Shown one piece after another: positions 18,133-27,615 of a stretch of DNA of 64,000 bases. Within the stretch, counting starts at the first letter, position 1; every line of letters starts with the position of its first letter. Both the position numbers and the translations under genes were made by a program. The DNA comes from Vulcanimicrobiota bacterium (GTDB lineage Bacteria; Vulcanimicrobiota; Vulcanimicrobiia; Vulcanimicrobiales; Vulcanimicrobiaceae), in the NCBI GenBank assembly GCA_963756165.1, contig CAVWMO010000004.1, forward strand, positions 2,543-66,542, in the 5' to 3' direction. The notes below the pieces were generated by a model. That model saw only the letters and a list, made by a program, of their open reading frames with translations, had not been told where the DNA came from and did not search any database.

Positions 18133-20823
18133 TCACGCGTGTACCAATTCCGCTGCGACGCGTTCGAGCGCGTAGGCTTCGATGACGTCGCCTTCCTTGA
18201 GGTCCTGGAACTTCGCGATCTGGATGCCGCACTCGAAACCTTCGGCGACCTCGCGCACATCGTCCTTGAAGCGCCGCAGGCTCTCGATCTCTCCATCGAA
18301 GACCACGGCCGCGTCGCGAATCACGCGAGCCTTGGCGTTGCGCGTGATCTTGCCGCTCTGCACGTAGCATCCGACGATCGTGCCGACGCGGCTGACCTTG
18401 AAGACCTGCCGGACCTGGGCGCGGCCGAGCACGACCTCGCGCTCGACCGGCGAGAGCATGCCGCGCATCGCCTTCTTTAAATCGTCTTCGATCTCGTAGA
18501 TGACTTGATAGAAGCGCAGGTCGACGCCCTCGTTCTCCGCGAGCCGCCGCGCCGTCTCGTCGGGACGAATGTTGAAGCCGATCAGCACGCCGTTCGAGGC
18601 GCTGGCGAGATTGACGTCGTTGGGCGAAATAGCTCCCACGCCGCCGTGAATGACGCGGATCTCGACGTCGTCGGTCGAGAGCGATTCCATGCGGGCGCGC
18701 AGCGCTTCGAGCGAGCCCTGCCCGTCGGCCTTGATGATTAGATTGAGCACCTTCTTTCCCTCGGTCGGCATCGCCATGAAGGTCTCGAGCGATACGCGCT
18801 GCGAGCCGGTCGCGGCCATGCGCACGTCGCGGCGGCGCGTCGCGCGCTTCTCCGCGGTTTCGCGAGCCACGCGCTCGTCGCTCACGACCGAAAGCGTGTC
18901 GCCTGCGGCGGGAACGTCCGAGAGCCCCATCACCTCGACGGGAATCGAGGGACCGGCCTTCTTCACTTGCTTGCCCTTGTCGTCGATCAGAGCGCGTACC
19001 TTTCCGAAGGTTCCACCCACGACGACGATATCGCCGACGCGCAACGTGCCGTTCTGCACGAGCACTGTGGCGACCGCGCCGCGACCGCGGTGCAGTGCCG
19101 ACTCGATCACGACGCCGCTCGCGCGACGGTTCTTGTTCGCGCGCAGCTCGCGAATGTCGGCTTCCAGCAGGACGGTGTCGAGGAGGCTGTCGATGCCGTC
19201 GCCGGTCTTCGCGGAGACGGGCACCATCTCGACGGTGCCGGCCCAGTCGACCGGCGCAAGGCCTTCTTCCATCAGCTGCTGCTTCACGCGATCGGGCTGC
19301 GCGTCGGGGCGGTCCATCTTGTTGATCGCGACGACGATGGGAACGTTCGCCGCCTTGACGTGCGCGATCGCCTCTTTCGTTTGCGGCATGACGCCATCAT
19401 CGGCCGCGACCACTAGGATCGCGACGTCGGTGACCTTCGCGCCGCGCGCGCGCATCGCCGTGAACGCCTCGTGACCCGGCGTGTCCACGAAGGTAATCTT
19501 GCGCTCGTTCCGCTCGACGGTGTACGCGCCGATCTTCTGCGTGATGCCGCCCGCCTCGCCGGCGGCGACGTTCGCCTGCCGAATCTTGTCGAGCAACGAC
19601 GTCTTGCCGTGGTCAACGTGACCGAGCACCGTGACGACGGGCGGGCGAGGGGTCAGCATCTCGGCTTTGTCCTCTTCCTGCTCGACAGTCACTTCTTCGC
19701 CGGCTTCCTTGACGACGGCGTTGAAACCGAAGCGTTTCGCGATCTGAATCGCGACTTCGCTCGAGATGTTCTGATTGATCGTCGCCATCGTGCCGATCTT
19801 GATCAGCTCCGTGATGACGTCTCGCGCAGGCACGATCATCGACGTCGCGAGCTCCTGGACCGTCAGCAGATCCGGGATCTCGATCGTCTCCAGCGTGCGC
19901 GCGGGCGGCACGACGGCCGGCTCGCCCTTCTTCTTGCGTTGCCGCTCTTTCTCGAGGAGCAGCTCCTTCTCGCGATCCTTTTTGGCGGCGGCCTTATCCT
20001 CGTGCGTGCGAATGCGATCGCCCGGGCGGCCGCCCGTCGACGGCGCGGGCATCTCGCCAGGCCCGCCGGGCCGCCCCGGAGCGGGCCGCGTACCGGGCGA
20101 CATCGGACGGAAGGGACCGTTACCCGCCGGACGGCGCTGCTGCGGCGGCACGGCGCGCGCCGGAGCGATCAGGCGTCCCGGCACGGGGGCGCCGCCCTTA
20201 CCACCCTGTCCGGGCATCGCCTCGCCCGGGCGCGGGGCGACCCCAGGCCGCCCCGGCAAACCGATCTGCGGACCGGGTGAGGCGGAGGCGGCGATAGTCG
20301 GTGGGGGAGCTGGGCGGCGCGCAACTGACGGCTGGCCGGAGGGCACCGGCCGCAGTTGAGGTATCGCCTCGGCGGCAGGACGGGCTCTCCTGGGTTCGGG
20401 CGGCGGTGCGGGGGGCGGCGCCGGCGTCGCCGGCGCGGAAGGCTGCAAGGGACGCCCCGTTCCGACTACGGGGCGAAGGCGCTGAATCGGAGCAGGCGCC
20501 GGCTCCGGTTTAGGTGCGGGCGCCTTCGGCCGCGCTTGGACCGGTTTTGCGGCGGCCGGCGGGGGCGCGGGTTTAGGAGCCGGCGGCTTCTCGCTAGGCT
20601 TGAGCAGCACGCTGCGGACCAGATCTGCGATCTGATCCGGAACGACACTGAGCTGATTTTTTGCCTCGAAGACGCCGCCCAGGCGCTCGTTGAAGAGCGT
20701 CGTGAGCTCCTTTGAGGTGAGTCCGAGCTCTTTTGCGAGCTCGAAGATCCTTACTTTTCCGGCCAAATTCTCTCTCGAGCGCAGCGGCGCCCGAGTCCCA
20801 TCAGTTGGTGCGCGGAGCCCCAA
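18133..20823 (-). CDS. infB: Translation initiation factor IF-2.
   Basis: 896 aa. N-terminal ..VRIFELAKELGLTSKEL, a Pro/Ala-rich region, then the G domain VVTVLGHVDHGKTSLLD..DTPGHEAF..NKMD. An alternative TTG start lies at 20766. Confidence 0.95.
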   Translation of the reverse strand: MGLRAPTDGTRAPLRSRENLAGKVRIFELAKELGLTSKELTTLFNERLGGVFEAKNQLSVVPDQIADLVRSVLLKPSEKPPAPKPAPPPAAAKPVQARPKAPAPKPEPAPAPIQRLRPVVGTGRPLQPSAPATPAPPPAPPPEPRRARPAAEAIPQLRPVPSGQPSVARRPAPPPTIAASASPGPQIGLPGRPGVAPRPGEAMPGQGGKGGAPVPGRLIAPARAVPPQQRRPAGNGPFRPMSPGTRPAPGRPGGPGEMPAPSTGGRPGDRIRTHEDKAAAKKDREKELLLEKERQRKKKGEPAVVPPARTLETIEIPDLLTVQELATSMIVPARDVITELIKIGTMATINQNISSEVAIQIAKRFGFNAVVKEAGEEVTVEQEEDKAEMLTPRPPVVTVLGHVDHGKTSLLDKIRQANVAAGEAGGITQKIGAYTVERNERKITFVDTPGHEAFTAMRARGAKVTDVAILVVAADDGVMPQTKEAIAHVKAANVPIVVAINKMDRPDAQPDRVKQQLMEEGLAPVDWAGTVEMVPVSAKTGDGIDSLLDTVLLEADIRELRANKNRRASGVVIESALHRGRGAVATVLVQNGTLRVGDIVVVGGTFGKVRALIDDKGKQVKKAGPSIPVEVMGLSDVPAAGDTLSVVSDERVARETAEKRATRRRDVRMAATGSQRVSLETFMAMPTEGKKVLNLIIKADGQGSLEALRARMESLSTDDVEIRVIHGGVGAISPNDVNLASASNGVLIGFNIRPDETARRLAENEGVDLRFYQVIYEIEDDLKKAMRGMLSPVEREVVLGRAQVRQVFKVSRVGTIVGCYVQSGKITRNAKARVIRDAAVVFDGEIESLRRFKDDVREVAEGFECGIQIAKFQDLKEGDVIEAYALERVAAELVHA

Positions 20824-20892
20824 CCGACGGCTTTGGCTCCGCTAGGTAATCAAAGGGTCGCCCTCATCGGAGGCGACGGTCGTCACGAGATT

Positions 20893-21108
20893 TCATGAGT
20901 TCATTTCTTGCATGGGCTCTCTAATCATTAAACCATATTCGGCCGCTGCCGCGCCAAGCCCCGGGTACCGCTTGTTTTTGCGCGCGCGTTCGGCGCACTC
21001 GGGCGAGCAAAGGTAGGCGCCGCGGCCCGCTTGTTTGCGGCGCGCCGCCGGCGGATCGGCCTGCCAGCCTGCCGGCGTGCGCACGAACCTTGTGAGCTCG
21101 CCCTGCAC
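20893..21108 (-). CDS. ylxR: YlxR/RnpM (DUF448) family protein; the annotated start is probably too far downstream.
   Basis: Reads ..GELTRFVRTPAGW..GRGAYLCSPECAERARKNK. The conserved RSCVGCRRRF is in frame upstream (to about 21140), but no ATG/GTG/TTG lies between the in-frame stop and 21108. Confidence 0.7.
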   Translation of the reverse strand: MQGELTRFVRTPAGWQADPPAARRKQAGRGAYLCSPECAERARKNKRYPGLGAAAAEYGLMIREPMQEMNS

Positions 21109-21145
21109 GAAGCGCCGGCGACAACCGACGCAGCTGCGGGCCGGC

Positions 21146-22358
21146 TTATGCGCCGTCCTTCCCCAGGCGCTCGCGGCGGAACTCCTCGAGCTTTCGGATC
21201 AGCTCCGCGTCGATGTCGTCACCGGTCGGCTCGGGTGTCTCCGCGACTTCAACCGTCACCTCACTCGATGCGCGTTCAGCGCGGTCGGCGAGATAGCGCT
21301 CGCGCGTTTGAGACGCCTCGCTTTCGCTTGCGATGTCCAGCCGCCAACCCGTCAGGCGTGCGGCGAGCCGCACGTTCTGACCGTCGCGCCCGATCGCCAG
21401 CGAAAGCTGATAATCGGGAACGACGACGAGTGCAACTCCGTCGTCCTCGAAGAGTTCGACGCCGATGACCTTCGCCGGCGCCAGCGCGTTCATGATGAAG
21501 GTCGCGGGCGTCGGATCGTAGCGGATGATATCGACCTTCTCTCCGCGCAGGTTATCCGTGACGTTTGCGATCCGGCTCGACTTCGGCCCCAGGCACGCTC
21601 CGATCGGATCCACCTCCGCGCGATTGCTGCGTACCGCGACCTTCGAGCGGCTCCCCGGGTCGCGCGCGATCGCCATGATCTCGACCGTTCCGTCCGCGAT
21701 TTCGGGAACCTCGAGCTCGAGCAGACGCTGCACCAAGCCCTCGGCGGCGCGCGACAGAATCACCTGCGGCCCCTTGGGCGACTTCTTGACGTCGAGCACG
21801 TAGGCTCGAATGAAGTCGTTGATGCGGTAGGCCTCCCCCGGGACCTGCTCGTCGAGGTACATAACCGCCTCGTCGCGACCCTCGAGTGTGATGTACATGT
21901 TGCGCTGCTCGTAGCGCTGCACCGTGCCGGTGACCAAGTCGTTGAGCTTGCGCACGTACTTGTTGTAGACCGTGTCGCGCTCCGCTTCCCGGATGCGCTG
22001 CACGATGACTTGCTTGGCCGTCTGTGCGGCGATCCGGCCGAAATCTTTCGGCGTCACCTCTTCGTCGTAGAAGTCGCCGGCCTGATACGGCGCTCCGGCC
22101 TTTTTCGCCAGAATCTCCAGCTTCGGATCCGCAACTTCATCCACGACGGTACGCCGGTGAAACACGCGATAGGCGCCGCTCTGGCGGTCGACGGTCACGA
22201 TCGCGTTGGACTCGCGTACCGAAGTGTCGTTTGTACGCCGTGAGCAATGCGGCTTCGAGCGCCTCGAGCAGCATCTCGAACGAGATGTTTCGCTCCTTCG
22301 CGATGGAGTGGAGGACGTCGATCAGTTTATCGTCAGTTGCCGTGTCTGCTGTTGCCAT
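21146..22358 (-). CDS. nusA: Transcription termination/antitermination factor NusA, with one frame change near codon 50.
   Basis: The N-terminus in ORF 22137..22358 reads MATADTATDDKLIDVLHSIAKERNISFEMLLEALEAALLTAYKRHFGTR. It continues in ORF 21146..22198 as ..SNAIVTVDRQSGAYRVF.. through the S1 and KH domains. The switch is at about 22212. Confidence 0.9.
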
Positions 22359-22866
22359 GTAATTGTTTCCGTTGGAGTTTGTCGCGCTGAAAATCTTGGC
22401 GCGGGTCGTATTCCAAGCGAGCCGACTTGATCGCCGCGATCGGCAGCAAGAGTTCGCCGTTATCCGTGTCCACGACGACTGCTTCGCCTCGCAAGCCGCG
22501 CAGGACGCCGCGATGCGTCTTGGCCCCGTTGATCGTGAGCGTCGTTAGGATCCGCGCCCTCTGTCCCGCGAAGCGTTCGTAGTCGGCCTCTCTATAGAGT
22601 GGGCGATCGAGGCCGGCGGACTCGATCTCGAGAGTGTACGCCCCGTCCTGAGCTCCCAGGCTCGCGTTGATGTACGCTGCGACGCGCTCGCACAGCGCCA
22701 AATCGACGCCTCCCGGACGATCGATCGTCACGCTCAGCTCGAGCGCATCGCGCACCGGACGCGCATGATGCTGGACGATCTCGAGATCGTCGAACTGCCG
22801 ATCGTGCACGATCGCATCGAGCTGCTGCTCGAATGTCTCGGCGATTCTCGGTGCACCCTTGCTCAT
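22333..22866 (-). CDS. rimP: Ribosome maturation factor RimP.
   Basis: 177 aa at the conserved position upstream of nusA, reading ..LELSVTIDRPGGVDLALCERVAAYI..YTLEIESAGLDRPL... Confidence 0.8.
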   Translation of the reverse strand: MSKGAPRIAETFEQQLDAIVHDRQFDDLEIVQHHARPVRDALELSVTIDRPGGVDLALCERVAAYINASLGAQDGAYTLEIESAGLDRPLYREADYERFAGQRARILTTLTINGAKTHRGVLRGLRGEAVVVDTDNGELLLPIAAIKSARLEYDPRQDFQRDKLQRKQLHGNSRHGN

Positions 22867-23232
22867 GATGGCGTGTGTTGGTTCCTTCGTTGCAGGCCTC
22901 TAGAAGCAGCGAAGCGCGGGACGACACCCACGCTCCTCTCATAAGACCCGCTTTAGGATACCGAAAAGTGCGACGGGCCGCAACCCTTGCTGGGCGCGAC
23001 CCCTCGCTCTGTTTTCCTATCTTGCGATCGGCGCGCCGCCGGAATATCGTCCGGCTGCCGTGGGCGCGCGTAGGGCGCCCTTACTCGGCGCGTACATCGC
23101 GGGCCCGATGGCCCGGCGGATTTTGCGGTTCCAACCGCCCTCCTTCGCTTCTTTACGAAGTGTGCCGGCCTGTCCGGCACGAGAAAATTGTAATGCGACA
23201 AATATCGTTTTTCAAGCGGGAAACGACCCCGC

Positions 23233-24648
23233 TCATGGCGACGAAACGGGCGACGGTGCGTATGGCACGAGCAGGCGGCCGTCGCACGGCTGCGACACCA
23301 TGCCGTCCACGATCGGCGCGAGGCCCGCAGCGAACGGACTGAGAGGTGCACGGCTTGCCGAGCCTCCCCCGCCGATCGCGATCTGCGTGCCGTTGGCGGG
23401 ACCGCCGTGCAGGTCGCTATGCACGATCGAGGAGTCCGGGTTCCCCGAGTCGGCATACGCCCCGCGAAGCTGCTCTGGATATCGTACGAGCCATCCCGTG
23501 CAGATCGTCGTCGGGCCCGACTTGCGCGCGGCGATGACCCACATCTTGACTCGCGCCTCGTTGCCCGTGTTCTTGACCTCGTAGATGTACTTCGTCTTCG
23601 CCAGAACGTCGGGCGGCGGCGTCGGCTCGAGCCGGCCCGCCAGCGAGTACGACGGCGTGTAACTCCTGCTGCTAGGGTGGACCGGATTATTCGGCAGCAG
23701 CGAGCGCAGCTTCGCATTAATGTTCGGCGCCGTGCGTGCCTTGGGCGCCGCGGTCGCGCGCGGCCCCGGCCGGGGCGTAGGCGGGACGGCAATCGGTCGC
23801 GCGGGCGCCGCTTGCGCCTTCGGCCCGGCACCGGCGCGCGGACCGGGGGACGCCCCGCCGCTCGGCCCTGGGCTCGGTGCCGTTCCGGCCGTCTTCGCGA
23901 CCGCAGTCGCGCTCGTCGGGCTCGGACTGGGCACGCCGGCGCGCTGCGCCGGCAACGCGGACGCTCGAATCTCCGGTGCGGCGCTCGGCGCCGGACTTGC
24001 GCGTGCGATCGCCGCGGCCGTCGGTGATGCTCGCGGCAGCGCCGGCGCCGGCGTCACCGCGTGAGCCGTCGCGCGGATCAGCGGGGCGGCTTTGGGGGAC
24101 GGACGCGCCGACGGCGCACTCGTCGGCACGGGTGAAGGAGCGACCGTGGGCGGAGGCTTCAGGGCTACCGCAACTGGTGCGACGGTCGGCACGCTGACCG
24201 GGGCGGCGGGTAGCGCGTTGCGCGGCTGCGTTTCGAAAATGTTCTGAGTCGGCTGCGGATTGGGTTGCGGCGTCTGCTGCGGGATTGGACGCGGGTTGGG
24301 CGGCGCGGTCGGCGCGATCTTCGCCAGCTCGTGGCGATTGACGGGCTGGCGTTGCGATTGCAGTTGCGCGAGCGGCGCGTGTTGCAGCGGCGCGATGGTC
24401 GGAACGTGGGGAACCGGAGGAACGGCATGAACGGCGGCCGGCTGGTTTGCGACCGCCACCGGCGACGTACGGGCTACCGTAATTACCTCGCCGCCTTGCA
24501 CACTCTCCGTCGCGCCCTGCTGCGACGAACTCACGAGAACCGTGAAGAGCAAAGCGGCAAGCAGCGCATGAATAATGAGCGAGGCTAGGAAGCTCCCCGC
24601 GAGTCGCTCCGGATAGCGCCGGTCCCGCGGATCGCGCTCGAACGTCAC
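23233..24648 (-). CDS. Hypothetical membrane-anchored protein: N-terminal TM helix, Pro/Ala-rich spacer of about 300 aa, and a C-terminal domain of about 130 aa with unknown function.
   Basis: 471 aa. TM helix: FLASLIIHALLAALLFTVLV. Long low-complexity P/A/S/T region. C-terminus: ..KTKYIYEVKNTGNEARVKMWVIAARKSGPTTICTGWLVRYPEQLRG... Confidence 0.55.
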   Translation of the reverse strand: MTFERDPRDRRYPERLAGSFLASLIIHALLAALLFTVLVSSSQQGATESVQGGEVITVARTSPVAVANQPAAVHAVPPVPHVPTIAPLQHAPLAQLQSQRQPVNRHELAKIAPTAPPNPRPIPQQTPQPNPQPTQNIFETQPRNALPAAPVSVPTVAPVAVALKPPPTVAPSPVPTSAPSARPSPKAAPLIRATAHAVTPAPALPRASPTAAAIARASPAPSAAPEIRASALPAQRAGVPSPSPTSATAVAKTAGTAPSPGPSGGASPGPRAGAGPKAQAAPARPIAVPPTPRPGPRATAAPKARTAPNINAKLRSLLPNNPVHPSSRSYTPSYSLAGRLEPTPPPDVLAKTKYIYEVKNTGNEARVKMWVIAARKSGPTTICTGWLVRYPEQLRGAYADSGNPDSSIVHSDLHGGPANGTQIAIGGGGSASRAPLSPFAAGLAPIVDGMVSQPCDGRLLVPYAPSPVSSP

Positions 24649-24718
24649 GGCGAGGGGTTAAGTGCGCTTAATCGAGCGCAGGAGCCTGCCAATGCGGCCG
24701 CACAAGGCAAGGCACCTG

Positions 24719-26152
24719 ATGGAATCGGTTTTGCAGAAGCGCACGAAGATCGTGGCGACGGTCGGGCCGGCCTCGCGCGACCCCGCGATCTTGCGATCGC
24801 TCTTTGTCTCCGGAGCCAACGTGCTGCGCCTGAACTTTTCACACGGCACGCCGGACGAGCACGGCCAAGTGATCGAGAGCGCGCGCGCGATCTCTGACGA
24901 GCTCGGCATTCACACCGCGCTCTTACAAGATCTCCCCGGCCCCAAGGTGCGCACGGGGCCGCTCGCCGGCGGCGTGCGCTCGGTGCGGCTGGAGCGCGGC
25001 TCACGCTTCGTGATCACGTCCGAGCCCATGGACGGAACGCAGGAGCGCGTCAGCACGACGTACCGCGATCTACCCGCGGACGTGGCGATCGGAAAGCACC
25101 TCTATCTTCAAGACGGCCAGATCACGCTGCTGATCCTGGGAAAGAGCGCCACCGAGATCGAGACCACGGTCGAGTTCGGAGGCGACCTGCGCCCCTCCCA
25201 AGGTATCAACTACTCCGAGGGCTCGCTGAACATCACATCGGTAACCAAGCGCGACCTCGAGTTCCTGCAGTTCGGAATCGAGCACGGCGTCGACTACGTC
25301 GCGATCTCGTTCGTGCGCTCGGCGGAGGACGTCGAACGCGTGAAGGCCTTCATCGCGGAACACGGCCAACGCGTGCCCGTGATCGCGAAGATCGAGAAGC
25401 ATGAGGCGCTGGCCGATCTCGACCAGATCATCGACGTCGCCGACGGCATCATGGTCGCGCGCGGCGACTTAGGCATCGAGATCCCCATCGAAACGGTGCC
25501 GATTGTCCAAAAGGAGATCATCGCGAAGTGCAATCGCGCGAGCAAGCCGGTCGTCACCGCGACGCAGATGCTCGAGTCGATGATCGCCTCTCCGCGGCCC
25601 ACGCGCGCGGAGGCGACTGACGTCGCCAACGCCATCCTCGACGGAACGGACGCCGTGATGCTCTCGGGTGAGACGGCGCTGGGTGCGTATCCGACCGAGG
25701 CGGTGCGCACGATGGCAGAGATAGCGCGCGCGGTAGAGCCGCACTATCCGCACGCCTCGCTGCGCGATCGGCGCCTGGAGAACTTCGAACCCACGATCGC
25801 CTCGTCGCTCGCGGAGGCCGCGACGCGCGCGAGCGCGGAGCTGAAGATCCCCTACATCGTCACCGGGACCACGACCGGGAACACGGCGCATCACATCGCC
25901 GCGTTCCGGCCGCAAGCGCGCATCGTCGCGCTCACGCCGGATCAACGGGTGGCGCGGAAGCTGGCGCTCCTGTGGGGCACCGAGGCGCTGCTGATCGATA
26001 CTTACTCGTCGATCGACGTCCTGCTCTACATGACCGAGCGACAGATGGTGCACGAGGGGCTGGTGCGATCCGGCGATCTGATTGCGTTCACGACCGGAAT
26101 GCCCGTCGGTTCGGGAGGCACGAACGTGCTGAAGATCCACCAGATACCGTGA
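24719..26152 (+). CDS. pyk: Pyruvate kinase.
   Basis: Reads MESVLQKRTKIVATVGPAS..NVLRLNFSHG..KIEKHEAL..MVARGDLGIEIP..ATQMLESM..MLSGETA. The ORF track starts 57 nt earlier. Confidence 0.95.
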   Translation: MESVLQKRTKIVATVGPASRDPAILRSLFVSGANVLRLNFSHGTPDEHGQVIESARAISDELGIHTALLQDLPGPKVRTGPLAGGVRSVRLERGSRFVITSEPMDGTQERVSTTYRDLPADVAIGKHLYLQDGQITLLILGKSATEIETTVEFGGDLRPSQGINYSEGSLNITSVTKRDLEFLQFGIEHGVDYVAISFVRSAEDVERVKAFIAEHGQRVPVIAKIEKHEALADLDQIIDVADGIMVARGDLGIEIPIETVPIVQKEIIAKCNRASKPVVTATQMLESMIASPRPTRAEATDVANAILDGTDAVMLSGETALGAYPTEAVRTMAEIARAVEPHYPHASLRDRRLENFEPTIASSLAEAATRASAELKIPYIVTGTTTGNTAHHIAAFRPQARIVALTPDQRVARKLALLWGTEALLIDTYSSIDVLLYMTERQMVHEGLVRSGDLIAFTTGMPVGSGGTNVLKIHQIP

Positions 26153-27615
26153 GGACGACGGGCCCGCGAGGCACAGGGCTCGTCGCCTTTGCCGCGCTGG
26201 TTTCTACGCTCGTCACACCGGCCGGCACGAACGCACGAGACCAAACGGCAGCGAAAATTCTCGGCGGACTCGAGAGTAAGTATTATATCGCTGGGGCGCC
26301 GCGCGTTGGGTACGCTTTGGCCGAGCGCATGCGATACTATCGCGTTCCGGCGGTGAGCATCGCCGCGATCGACCATTATCGCGTCGCGTGGACCTATGCG
26401 GCCGGGCTGCGCGACGTGACGGCGAACGCGGCCGCCTCGACGGCGACGCTCTTTCAGGCGGCCTCCATGAGCAAGCCGGTCGCCGCCGCCGGAATTCTCG
26501 CGCTGTTCGAGGCGAAACACCTCGACTTGGACGCAGACGTCAACACGATGCTCACATCCTGGCGCGTCCCCCCTCCACCCGGCAACTCGCCCGAACGCGT
26601 AACGATGCGGCGTCTGTTGAGCCACTCGGCCGGCATCAACGTCCATGGATTCGTTGGTTACGATCGCGACGCGCCGCTGCCGAGCCTCGTGCAAGTGCTC
26701 GACGGCGCGCCTCCGGCGAACAGCGAACCGATCCGCGTGACGATGGTACCGGGCGCCGCGACGCAATACTCCGGCGGAGGCACGTCGATCGCACAGCAGC
26801 TCGCGGTCGACTCAAGCGGCGAACCGTTCCCAGACTTCATGCAGCAAACGCTGCTCTCTCCTTTGGGAATGACGAGCAGCACGTTCGATCAGCCGCTGCC
26901 CGAAATGCTCGCGCCTCGCGCCGCGCTCGGCTATTACGCCGACGGCAAGCCGGTGCATCGCGGGTGGCACGTCTATCCGACGATGGCCGCAGCCGGACTA
27001 TGGACGGCGCCGTCGGATCTCGCCGCCTTCGTGATCGCGATTCAAAACGCGCTGCGCGGCAGGGCCAAGCCTCCGATCGACGCGACCGTCGCTCGCGAGA
27101 TGACGACGCGAGCATCGGACGGGTTCGGATTGGGTCCGGAAGTCCTGCCGGGTTATTTCCCGCACAATGGCGCGAACGAGGGGTTTCAAGGAATCTTCAT
27201 CGGCTTGGCCGAGCGCGGTGAGGGCGTCGTCGTGATGACCAATTCGGACAACGGCCTTCTGCTCTCCGACGAGATCGTGCATTCCGTAGCGAAAGCCTAC
27301 GACTGGCCGATCCTTCAGCCGCAGGCGAAGGCGGCGATTCCGCTGACTCTCGCGACGCTGAACGCCTTCGCCGGAAGGTATGCCGCGACGATCGGCGGCG
27401 AACGCGTGACGCTCGCAATAACGATCCGCTCGAGCAGCGGCGCCCCTGCGCTTTTCCTGCGCAGCTCGCTGAGCGCGTTCGAGTCGCGGCTCTACGCCGA
27501 AGGGCCGATGAAGTTGTTTACCCTGAACGGCACTTTGCTTTCGTTCGTGCGCGGGACGCGCGGAGGCGTTATTGCCGCCCTCGCTCTCGGGACGAGATTC
27601 GACCGGATTCCCTAA
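26149..27615 (+). CDS. Beta-lactamase-family serine hydrolase (class C / PBP-like), secreted.
   Basis: The GTG at 26149 overlaps the pyk stop (GTGA). There is a signal-like N-terminus, an SxxK motif (ASMSKPV) and YSGGG. Confidence 0.75.
   Translation: MRTTGPRGTGLVAFAALVSTLVTPAGTNARDQTAAKILGGLESKYYIAGAPRVGYALAERMRYYRVPAVSIAAIDHYRVAWTYAAGLRDVTANAAASTATLFQAASMSKPVAAAGILALFEAKHLDLDADVNTMLTSWRVPPPPGNSPERVTMRRLLSHSAGINVHGFVGYDRDAPLPSLVQVLDGAPPANSEPIRVTMVPGAATQYSGGGTSIAQQLAVDSSGEPFPDFMQQTLLSPLGMTSSTFDQPLPEMLAPRAALGYYADGKPVHRGWHVYPTMAAAGLWTAPSDLAAFVIAIQNALRGRAKPPIDATVAREMTTRASDGFGLGPEVLPGYFPHNGANEGFQGIFIGLAERGEGVVVMTNSDNGLLLSDEIVHSVAKAYDWPILQPQAKAAIPLTLATLNAFAGRYAATIGGERVTLAITIRSSSGAPALFLRSSLSAFESRLYAEGPMKLFTLNGTLLSFVRGTRGGVIAALALGTRFDRIP

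Noticed and set aside
16391-18370. A 659-aa ORF that appears to span nrnA, rbfA and the infB-rbfA spacer.
   Set aside because: Only the last 326 aa (from the ATG at 17371) look like a DHH/DHHA1 protein. The upstream part is Arg-rich and overlaps rbfA and the 3' end of infB out of frame.
19950-20620. Apparent low-complexity GC-rich tandem repeats. Similar stretches occur at 948-1030, 23700-24300 and 42740-42830.
   Set aside because: They are in-frame Pro/Ala-rich coding linkers of IF-2, the porins, the 471-aa membrane protein and TonB. They are not CRISPR or satellite arrays, since they lack regular repeat-spacer periodicity.
23040-23140. A tRNA-like T-loop (GCGGTTCCAACCGCC).
   Set aside because: There is no matching acceptor stem, D-arm or anticodon arm at the right distances, and no GGTTCGAAT-type consensus.
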